This document shows, one piece after another, positions 57,203 through 64,000 of a stretch of 64,000 nt of DNA. Where the stretch lies: assembly GCA_037720155.1 (NCBI GenBank), contig JBBJMI010000005.1, positions 255,686 through 319,685 of the forward strand, read 5' to 3'. The notes beneath the pieces are model-generated. The model made no database searches, was not told the DNA's origin, and worked only from the letters and a program-made list of their open reading frames with translations. Position numbers and translations under genes: made by a program. Within the stretch, counting starts at the first letter, position 1. Each line of letters opens with the position of its first letter. The DNA is from Chryseolinea sp. (GTDB lineage Bacteria > Bacteroidota > Bacteroidia > Cytophagales > Cyclobacteriaceae).

Positions 57203-58609
57203 ATGAAGGGGGATAATTACGAATTGGGAATGATTGGATTAGGCACGATGGGGCGGAATCTGTTATTGAATATGGCAGACCATGGCTTCCGGGTTGCAGG
57301 TCACGATAAAGATCAGGCAAAGATAGACGTCCTTTCGAAGGAGTCTTCTAAAGAGAATGTCAAAGGCTTTTTGTCTGTCAACGAATTTGTTGAGAGCCTA
57401 AAGACACCCCGGGCGATCATAATGCTCGTTCCCGCAGGAAAGATTGTTGACAATGTCATTGAAGAACTAACGCCATTGCTAGACGCAGGCGATCTTATTA
57501 TCGACGGAGGAAATTCTCATTTTACAGATACCAACCGCAGGGTTGAAAGTTTGCAATCAAAAGGCTTGCATTTTTTTGGGATGGGAATTTCAGGAGGAGA
57601 AGAAGGTGCACGGAATGGCCCAAGTATGATGCCGGGTGGCGACATGCAGGCTTATCGTGTTGTTCAGCCAATCTTTGAGGCAGTGGCGGCTAAAGTCAAT
57701 GGGGAGCCTTGTGTGACGTATATCGGTCCCGGTGCTTCTGGACATTTTGTAAAAATGGTTCACAACGGAATAGAGTATGGTATCATGCAGTTGCTTGCAG
57801 AAACATACGACATCATGAAGAGGGGTTTGAATCTTTCTGACACGCAGATCCACGCGGCATTTGAGCGATGGAGTGCGGGCAGATTGCAGTCATTTCTGAT
57901 GGATATAACGCGGGATATTCTTGGCTTCAGGGAAAACGGTTCTTCACAATTATTGTTGAACGAGATCAAGGATGAAGCCAGATCTAAAGGGACTGGCAAG
58001 TGGACGTCGCAGGTGGCCATGGATTTACAAACACCGTTAACACTAATTGATTCGGCCGTTTCTATGCGTGACCTTTCTAAATTTAAGGCACTGCGGACGA
58101 AGGCTTCGCAAATGTTCCCCTCACCACAACAAGGCGGCGCTCAGCCAACACTCGACGATCTGGAAAATACGCTTTACTTCTCGACCATCATTGCCTATGG
58201 GCAGGGCATGCACCTTCTGGCACAAGCGTCAAAAGAGTTCGGTTACAATCTTAAAATGGAGAACATTGCCCTGATCTGGCGCGGAGGTTGTATCATCCGA
58301 TCTGCTTTCCTCGAAGACATCTACCAGGCATATAAACTTGAACCGGCATTGGAACATCTGCTCGTTGACAAAGTCATTCAGGAAAAGGTAAATGGCCTGC
58401 TTCCATCAACGCGCCTTGCATTAGGCGCTGCTATTTCCGCGGGCATCGCCATGCCTGGCCACACTGCAGCATTGAGTTATTTCGACAGCCTGCGTAGCGA
58501 GCGCATGCCTTCTAATCTTATTCAGGCACAGCGCGATTATTTTGGCGCACATACCTATGAAAAGGTAGGCAAAGAAGGAGTGTTCCATACCCAGTGGCAA
58601 GCAAAATAA
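57203..58609 (+). CDS. gnd: 6-phosphogluconate dehydrogenase (decarboxylating)
   Basis: 468 aa with MIGLGTMGRNL, GGNSHF, GISGGEEGAR and HFVKMVHNGIEYG. Confidence 0.95.
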   Translation: MKGDNYELGMIGLGTMGRNLLLNMADHGFRVAGHDKDQAKIDVLSKESSKENVKGFLSVNEFVESLKTPRAIIMLVPAGKIVDNVIEELTPLLDAGDLIIDGGNSHFTDTNRRVESLQSKGLHFFGMGISGGEEGARNGPSMMPGGDMQAYRVVQPIFEAVAAKVNGEPCVTYIGPGASGHFVKMVHNGIEYGIMQLLAETYDIMKRGLNLSDTQIHAAFERWSAGRLQSFLMDITRDILGFRENGSSQLLLNEIKDEARSKGTGKWTSQVAMDLQTPLTLIDSAVSMRDLSKFKALRTKASQMFPSPQQGGAQPTLDDLENTLYFSTIIAYGQGMHLLAQASKEFGYNLKMENIALIWRGGCIIRSAFLEDIYQAYKLEPALEHLLVDKVIQEKVNGLLPSTRLALGAAISAGIAMPGHTAALSYFDSLRSERMPSNLIQAQRDYFGAHTYEKVGKEGVFHTQWQAK

Positions 58610-58629
58610 ATTTTAACTGACCGTATTCA

Positions 58630-60153
58630 ATGAAGCAAGTAAAGAGTCCTCTGAAATCTCAGTCTATTGTATTTTTCATTTTTGGAGGGACAGGTGACCT
58701 TACGGCACGCAAACTTATTCCTGCGTTGTACAACCTTTTTCTTGACGGTTGGATGCCTTCGAATTTTAGGATCACCGGACTCGGCCGTACGCAGCAGACA
58801 AACGAACAGTTTCGCGCTTTACTGAAAGAGGATATGCCGAAATTTGCGCGACCAAGGGATGCCAAGGATGATAAGTGGGATGAATTTTCTTTGCACGTCG
58901 ATTTTCTCGTATCAGAGATTCAGGAAGAGAAGACTTACATCGATATCGCGTCGATGATCAAAAGCGTTAGTGAAGAATGGAATGCGGATCCTTGCGTAAT
59001 ATATTACCTGGCTGTCGCTCCACGCTTCTTCGCGCCAGTAGCGGAACATCTTGCTAAACAAGGCCTCACACGCGATCAGGAAAAATCCCGCATTGTAATA
59101 GAAAAGCCTTTTGGCACCGATCTGGAATCGGCCCTGGAATTGAATAAATTGTTGAATAGCATATTTGCGGAAAATCAGATCTACCGCATCGATCATTATC
59201 TGGGGAAGGAAACGGTTCAGAATATTCTCGCCTTTAGATTTGCAAACTCAATTTTCGAACCTTTGTGGAATCGAAATCATATCGAGCATGTGCAGATATC
59301 AGTAACGGAACAGCTAGGGGTCGGAGACCGTGGCGGCTACTACAACGAAGCCGGAGCCCTTCGTGACATGGTTCAAAACCATATCCTTCAGCTGCTGTGT
59401 CTTATCGCGATGGAACCCCCCGTGAGCTTTCAAGCTGATGAGGTGCGCAACCGGAAAGTTGATGTGTTGCGTGCCATGCGAAAGTTCCGGCCCGAAGACG
59501 TACAAAAAAATGCAGTGCGCGGCCAGTATAGCAAGGGCTGGATTGAAGGAAAGGAAGTAGTTGGATATCGGGAGGAATCCGGCGTGGATCCAGACTCTAA
59601 TACAGAAACTTTCGCCGCGATAAAATTTTTCGTGGACAATTGGCGGTGGAATGGTGTGCCATTTTATTTACGCACTGGAAAGCGGATGCATCAATCATCA
59701 TCAGTCATCACCATCCAGTTTAAGGACGTACCACACCTGATCTTTCCGTCGGAAGCCGTCGAGGGATGGCAGCAAAATCGTTTGATCATCAGCATTCAGC
59801 CGGAGATGAGCATCCGCGTGCAGGTGCAAGCAAAACGACCGGGCCTCGATATGATACTAAATCCGGTCGATCTCGTCTTTGACTACAGTGGCACCTACAA
59901 GGGAGAAACACCGGAAGCCTATGAAACACTTTTGCTCGACACGATGTTGGGTGATCAAACGCTGTTCATGCGGGGTGACCAGGTCGAAGCGGCATGGGAA
60001 CTGTTGATGCCAATTTTAAATACATGGATGGGTAAGAAAAGCCTTGGCTTTCCAAACTATCCATCAGATTCGTGGGGACCAGAAACCGCCGAAGCATTGA
60101 TTGCAAAGGACGGATTTCATTGGTTCGCACTGCCACTTAACCACAAAAAATAG
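58630..60153 (+). CDS. zwf: Glucose-6-phosphate 1-dehydrogenase
   Basis: 507 aa with FGGTGDLTARKL and the active-site motif RIDHYLGKE. Confidence 0.95.
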   Translation: MKQVKSPLKSQSIVFFIFGGTGDLTARKLIPALYNLFLDGWMPSNFRITGLGRTQQTNEQFRALLKEDMPKFARPRDAKDDKWDEFSLHVDFLVSEIQEEKTYIDIASMIKSVSEEWNADPCVIYYLAVAPRFFAPVAEHLAKQGLTRDQEKSRIVIEKPFGTDLESALELNKLLNSIFAENQIYRIDHYLGKETVQNILAFRFANSIFEPLWNRNHIEHVQISVTEQLGVGDRGGYYNEAGALRDMVQNHILQLLCLIAMEPPVSFQADEVRNRKVDVLRAMRKFRPEDVQKNAVRGQYSKGWIEGKEVVGYREESGVDPDSNTETFAAIKFFVDNWRWNGVPFYLRTGKRMHQSSSVITIQFKDVPHLIFPSEAVEGWQQNRLIISIQPEMSIRVQVQAKRPGLDMILNPVDLVFDYSGTYKGETPEAYETLLLDTMLGDQTLFMRGDQVEAAWELLMPILNTWMGKKSLGFPNYPSDSWGPETAEALIAKDGFHWFALPLNHKK

Positions 60154-60875
60154 TGATCAGGCTTTTTGATACACCGGAGTTATTAATAGATGGTCTTGCA
60201 GATTTTGTTGTGCAGACCGCAACGGAGGCGATACGCGATCGTGGAAAATTTAATTTTGCCCTGTCAGGTGGCAGTTCGCCAAAGCGTTTATACGAGATCC
60301 TTGCCAGTGAACGGTACAGTGACAAGATCGACTGGACCAAAGTATATTTCTTTTTTGGAGATGAGCGAAATGTGCCGTCTGACCATCCCGACAGTAATTA
60401 CCTCATGGTCAAAAGGGCACTATTTGACCCGTTGAAAATTACCATCGCACATCAGTTTCCGATTGATACTTCGCTGTCGCCCGCACAGGCGGCCTACGAT
60501 TATGAGCGTGCCATCAAAAAGCATTTTGGCAGGGAGACTCCCCGCTTCGATCTGATCTTACTCGGATTAGGAGACAACTCTCATACGGCCTCGCTCTTTC
60601 CACATACTACGGTTCTCCACGAAAAAACAGCATTGATTAAGGACGTATATGTTCCGGAGGTAAATATGTATCGAATCACGTTTACCGCGCCTTTAATTAA
60701 CGCCTGTCACGCTATTGCTTTTCTCGTGTACGGGGCATCAAAAGCGGAAGCGGTGCACCACATCATTCAAGGTGATCGAAACATCGAATCGTACCCCGCC
60801 CAACTTATTGTATCGGAAAACTTGAACTGGTTTATCGATAGGGAAGCAGGGAAAAAGATAAAAAGTATTAAGTAA
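60153..60875 (+). CDS. pgl: 6-phosphogluconolactonase
   Basis: 240 aa with ALSGGSSP, FFGDER and LLGLGDNSHTASLFP. Its start overlaps the zwf stop by 1 nt. Confidence 0.9.
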   Translation: MIRLFDTPELLIDGLADFVVQTATEAIRDRGKFNFALSGGSSPKRLYEILASERYSDKIDWTKVYFFFGDERNVPSDHPDSNYLMVKRALFDPLKITIAHQFPIDTSLSPAQAAYDYERAIKKHFGRETPRFDLILLGLGDNSHTASLFPHTTVLHEKTALIKDVYVPEVNMYRITFTAPLINACHAIAFLVYGASKAEAVHHIIQGDRNIESYPAQLIVSENLNWFIDREAGKKIKSIK

Positions 60876-62001
60876 TCCATCTCAAAGTTTTTGGCTCAAT
60901 CGGATTAACGAAAGGAGTCTTGTTCTGTTGCGACATATCCCACGCTCGTTTTAGTTCATGATACCATCGTGCCTGGGCATCTGGCTCACCAAGTAGCATT
61001 AGCGTCGGTTTGGATTGTAATCCCATGCTGAGCTTTTTGAAGATATCAAGATCCTGATGAATGAATTGTTTACCCAGCTGTCGCAAGGGCCACCAGATAT
61101 ACTTCACGAAACCTAGCGTAGAATAAAAAATATGATTGAGTTCCGTTTCGTTTTCATTTATTGGAGTCAGGCAGGTAATTGAAATGATTTCATTTTTCCC
61201 CACCTGGATGTGCTCTGTTCGTACGCCAGGAAGCTGAAAATTTATTTCGGTTGAGGTTCCTCCCTTGAGTATTGAATAACCCTTCGAGTTCGATGAAGGT
61301 TTATGGCGCACCATCTTGAAGCCAAGGCCCGAAGGCTCGAATTTTTTTTCCTTTAATTTGAGTGCCTTCGCCGAGCGCCAGTACCAGCTCTGATGGACAA
61401 ACGTTACATGGGCCGGATCAATTAATCCAATTACAGCGTGGTCGATGTCAGCCGGCATACTGACCTTCTCGACGAAAAGAAAATTCTTGTTGGGCGGTGC
61501 GAGAAGATCAGGGACGCGCTCCTCGGCACCGGCGAGTTGTGTTTTGTTTTGCGGAATATAGACCCAGATGGTGCCGTTAATTTCCTTGCATGGATATTGA
61601 AAGACTTTGATCTTTTTAGTATCAAACTTTTCGTCAAATAAGGCCGGAATACTGAGGCATGTCCCTTTCGAATCGAATTTCCATCCATGGTAACTACACT
61701 GTATCACTTTGCCGTCGTACCAGCCCTGCGAAAGCGGAACGCCGCGATGAGGGCAGTTATCTTTTAAAGCAAAAGGCGCTCCTCCAGAGTCCCTGCCAAA
61801 TACGATCCGCTCCCCCAGAATTTCTTTGGGTACAAGTTTTCCCTGCTTCAGGAACGTGCCGTGGGCAACGAAATACCATAAGTTCTTCAAAAAGAGAGAT
61901 TCCATTGATTTACAGTCAGTCGTAAAGGGACCAAATAAAGACTTAAACAATAATATTCCAAAAATGAAAGGAAGGATCGCCAGAGTAAATAATATTGCCA
62001 T
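60868..62001 (-). CDS. Rieske [2Fe-2S] non-heme-iron oxygenase (PaO/Tic55-like ring-hydroxylating oxygenase alpha-type)
   Basis: The Rieske motif is CPHRGVPLSQG...CSYHGWKF. The mononuclear iron motif is DPAHVTFVH. A possible N-terminal TM segment is present if the start is 62001. An alternative start is ATG 61905. Confidence 0.8.
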   Translation of the reverse strand: MAILFTLAILPFIFGILLFKSLFGPFTTDCKSMESLFLKNLWYFVAHGTFLKQGKLVPKEILGERIVFGRDSGGAPFALKDNCPHRGVPLSQGWYDGKVIQCSYHGWKFDSKGTCLSIPALFDEKFDTKKIKVFQYPCKEINGTIWVYIPQNKTQLAGAEERVPDLLAPPNKNFLFVEKVSMPADIDHAVIGLIDPAHVTFVHQSWYWRSAKALKLKEKKFEPSGLGFKMVRHKPSSNSKGYSILKGGTSTEINFQLPGVRTEHIQVGKNEIISITCLTPINENETELNHIFYSTLGFVKYIWWPLRQLGKQFIHQDLDIFKKLSMGLQSKPTLMLLGEPDAQARWYHELKRAWDMSQQNKTPFVNPIEPKTLRWIT

Positions 62002-62090
62002 CCAAAGCTTATCGCAATCGATTTCTGTATTATTATGCCTTTATTTTTAACGTTTTTATCCCTTACTTGAAACCAAACTTCTAAAAGCGA

Positions 62091-63245
62091 ATGAAAAGAA
62101 AATTACGCATGGGAATGGTAGGCGGTGGACTTACCTCATTGATTGGTCCAATCCATCGAAAGGCCGCAGGCATTGATGGGGAAATTGAGCTTGTATGTGG
62201 CGCATTCAGCGTAGTGCCAGGCGAGTCAAAAGCCACCGGTGAATCACTTTATCTGAATCCCAAACGCGTTTACGAAACCTATGAGGAAATGTTTGAGGCG
62301 GAGAAAAATATGCCTCCCGATCAGAAAATAGATTTCGTAACTGTTGTTACCCCTAACCACGTTCATTTCGGCCCCTCGAAAATGGCACTCGAAAACGGAT
62401 TCCACGTCCTCGTTGAAAAGCCTATATCCTTTAATCTGGATGAGGCACTGGAATTGAAAAAGCTCGTTGCAGATACGGGCTTGGTGCTTGGACTCGCCCA
62501 CACATATACAGGGTATCCGCTTGTGAAAGAGGCGCGAAGAATGGTAGCCGATGGTAAATTTGGCAAGATCCGGAAAGTATTTGTTGAATATCCGCAAGGA
62601 TGGCTCTCAACGATGCTCGAGGGAAAAGGTAACATGCAGGCCTCGTGGCGTACCGATCCCAAACAATCCGGAATGGGCGGAGCAATCGGCGATATCGGGA
62701 CACATGCGGCAAATCTTGCTGAATACATCACTGGCAATAAGATCACAGAGATCTGTGCCATGTTGAATACTGTGGTGCCAGGCCGTATGCTCGACGATGA
62801 CAGCTCGATGCTGATTCGGTTCGACAACGGTTCCTCTGGTGTATTGTTCGCAACGCAGGTTGCTGCCGGCGAAGAAAACAATTTAAATATTCGGGTTTAT
62901 GGTGAAAAAGGCGGTCTGGAATGGAGACAGGAAGAGCCAAATACAATGATCCTCAAATGGCTCGACAAGCCTAAAGAAATAATACGGGCGGGGCAGGGAT
63001 ATCTGTCTGATGACGCCAAAAACTTCACCCGAACGCCTCCCGGACATCCTGAAGGCTATCTTGAAGCATTTGCCAATATTTATCGAGCCTTTACCAAAGC
63101 GCTAAGGGATTACGAACCCGGTAAAAAGATTGACGTGGCAAAATATGACTTCCCAGGCGTAGATGACGGTGTACATGGTATGGCCTTTGTACAGACTGCT
63201 GTTAACTCTAGCAAGTCAGCGGAGAAGTGGACAAAGCTCGACTAA
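62091..63245 (+). CDS. Gfo/Idh/MocA-family oxidoreductase (cytoplasmic)
   Basis: The Rossmann start is LRMGMVGGG, followed by VEKP. It has no signal or Tat leader. 384 aa. Confidence 0.85.
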   Translation: MKRKLRMGMVGGGLTSLIGPIHRKAAGIDGEIELVCGAFSVVPGESKATGESLYLNPKRVYETYEEMFEAEKNMPPDQKIDFVTVVTPNHVHFGPSKMALENGFHVLVEKPISFNLDEALELKKLVADTGLVLGLAHTYTGYPLVKEARRMVADGKFGKIRKVFVEYPQGWLSTMLEGKGNMQASWRTDPKQSGMGGAIGDIGTHAANLAEYITGNKITEICAMLNTVVPGRMLDDDSSMLIRFDNGSSGVLFATQVAAGEENNLNIRVYGEKGGLEWRQEEPNTMILKWLDKPKEIIRAGQGYLSDDAKNFTRTPPGHPEGYLEAFANIYRAFTKALRDYEPGKKIDVAKYDFPGVDDGVHGMAFVQTAVNSSKSAEKWTKLD

Positions 63246-63288
63246 TCGCCTCAATATTTTTTTTCACCTTAACCGCGAAGTTTTTTAA

Positions 63289-64000
63289 ATGAAGACAATA
63301 AAAGGACCTGCCATCTTTCTTGCGCAGTTCATGGGCGACACCGCCCCCTTTGATAACCTAAAGTCCATCTGTAAATGGGCCGCTTCCCTGGGTTATATCG
63401 GGGTGCAAATTCCAACATGGGATGCACGGTGCATCGATCTGAAACAAGCAGCTGAAAGCAAAGATTACTGTGACGATTTTAAAGGCATTATCGAAAGTTG
63501 CGGCCTTGAGGTTACGGAATTGTCGACCCACCTGCAGGGTCAGTTGGTGGCCGTTCATCCAGCCTACAACGAAATGTTCGACGCCTTTGCTCCGAAAGCA
63601 TATCGAGGAAAGCCAAAGGAAAGAACTGCGTGGGCAGTTGAGCAATTGAAAATGGCAGCGAAGGCGAGTCGTAACATGGGTATCAATGCCCATGTTACTT
63701 TCTCAGGCGCTTTAATGTGGCACACCTTCTATGCATGGCCACAACGTCCCGCTGGACTTGTTGAAGACGGCTTCAAGGAGTTAGCGAAGCGATGGCTGCC
63801 AATCCTCAATGCCTTTGATAAGGTCGGCGTTGATCTTTGTTATGAGATTCACCCGGGGGAAGATTTGCACGATGGTATTTCCTTCGAAAGATTCTGGGAT
63901 GCAACCGGTAAACATAGTCGTTGCAATATCCTATACGATCCAAGCCATTTTGTGCTCCAACAGCTAGACTATCTTCAGTACATCGACTTCTACCATCAAT
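63289..64000 (+). CDS. Xylose-isomerase-like TIM-barrel protein (sugar phosphate isomerase/epimerase family); 3' end lies outside the window
   Basis: It is not in the ORF track because it runs off the window. My translation from ATG 63289 is open to nt 64000 (MKTIKGPAIFLAQFMGDTAPFDNLKSICKWAASLGYIGVQIP...CYEIHPGEDLHDG...ILYDPSHFVLQQLDYLQYIDFYHQ). Confidence 0.75.
   Translation, partial: MKTIKGPAIFLAQFMGDTAPFDNLKSICKWAASLGYIGVQIPTWDARCIDLKQAAESKDYCDDFKGIIESCGLEVTELSTHLQGQLVAVHPAYNEMFDAFAPKAYRGKPKERTAWAVEQLKMAAKASRNMGINAHVTFSGALMWHTFYAWPQRPAGLVEDGFKELAKRWLPILNAFDKVGVDLCYEIHPGEDLHDGISFERFWDATGKHSRCNILYDPSHFVLQQLDYLQYIDFYHQ

Overview
This 64-kb window looks like a dense chromosomal segment of a Bacteroidota genome, probably a Cytophagia- or Chitinophagia-like organism. 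The pointers are a T9SS type-B C-terminal sorting domain, many lipoprotein and Sec leaders, no Shine-Dalgarno sequences, a PVC-type CxxCH heme protein and several Tat-exported Gfo/Idh/MocA oxidoreductases. I support about 50 protein-coding genes. By eye I found no rRNA, tRNA, CRISPR array, transposase, integrase or phage gene.

Gene content in order:
- 1-3.6 kb: the 3' part of an FG-GAP/VCBS protein, then an ECF sigma, an anti-sigma candidate and a CHASE2-like lipoprotein.
- 4-6 kb: msrA and a lipoprotein.
- 6.2-11.2 kb: alpha-glucoside genes (SLC45/GPH-like MFS, GH31, LacI).
- 11.5-22 kb: one co-directional block of a PAP2/vanadium-haloperoxidase-like lipoprotein, glpF-glpK-glpD, a ROK kinase, a PfkB kinase, pgmB and a GH65 phosphorylase.
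- 22-27.8 kb: an SGNH hydrolase and a xylose regulon (FucP-like MFS, Nudix/NrtR-like regulator, xylB, xylA).
- 27.9-34.1 kb: three small unknown genes, a TPR sensor kinase and a T9SS adhesin-like protein.
- 34.1-36.5 kb: proBA.
- 36.6-41.4 kb: a Tat-exported two-subunit molybdo-hydroxylase, a ppgK-like kinase and a flavoprotein.
- 41.4-48.6 kb: a five-gene minus-strand cluster of Tat-Gfo/Idh/MocA, a heme-c lipoprotein, a Tat TIM-barrel protein, an SDR and an ACS-type MFS.
- 48.9-54.6 kb: an MFS, then a beta-barrel, a PstS-like small protein and a hybrid histidine kinase.
- 54.6-64 kb: another Tat-Gfo/Idh/MocA, bcp, the oxidative pentose-phosphate operon rpiB-gnd-zwf-pgl, a Rieske oxygenase and a cytoplasmic Gfo/Idh/MocA plus TIM-barrel pair that runs off the window end.

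There is no obvious defence island or mobile element. The best candidates for poorly described biology are:
1. The periplasmic Gfo/TIM-barrel/cytochrome-c cluster.
2. The beta-barrel, binding-protein and hybrid-kinase module.
3. A tiny lipoprotein translationally coupled to a papain-fold-like protein.
4. A shared 19-20-bp palindrome that defines a Nudix-regulator xylose regulon.
5. A GH65 phosphorylase fused to a glycerol catabolic module.
6. Two sequence oddities: a GAGTTAT heptamer array and a hairpin-rich spacer inside a sigma/anti-sigma pair.

All family assignments come from reading motifs in the supplied translations. No searches were run.
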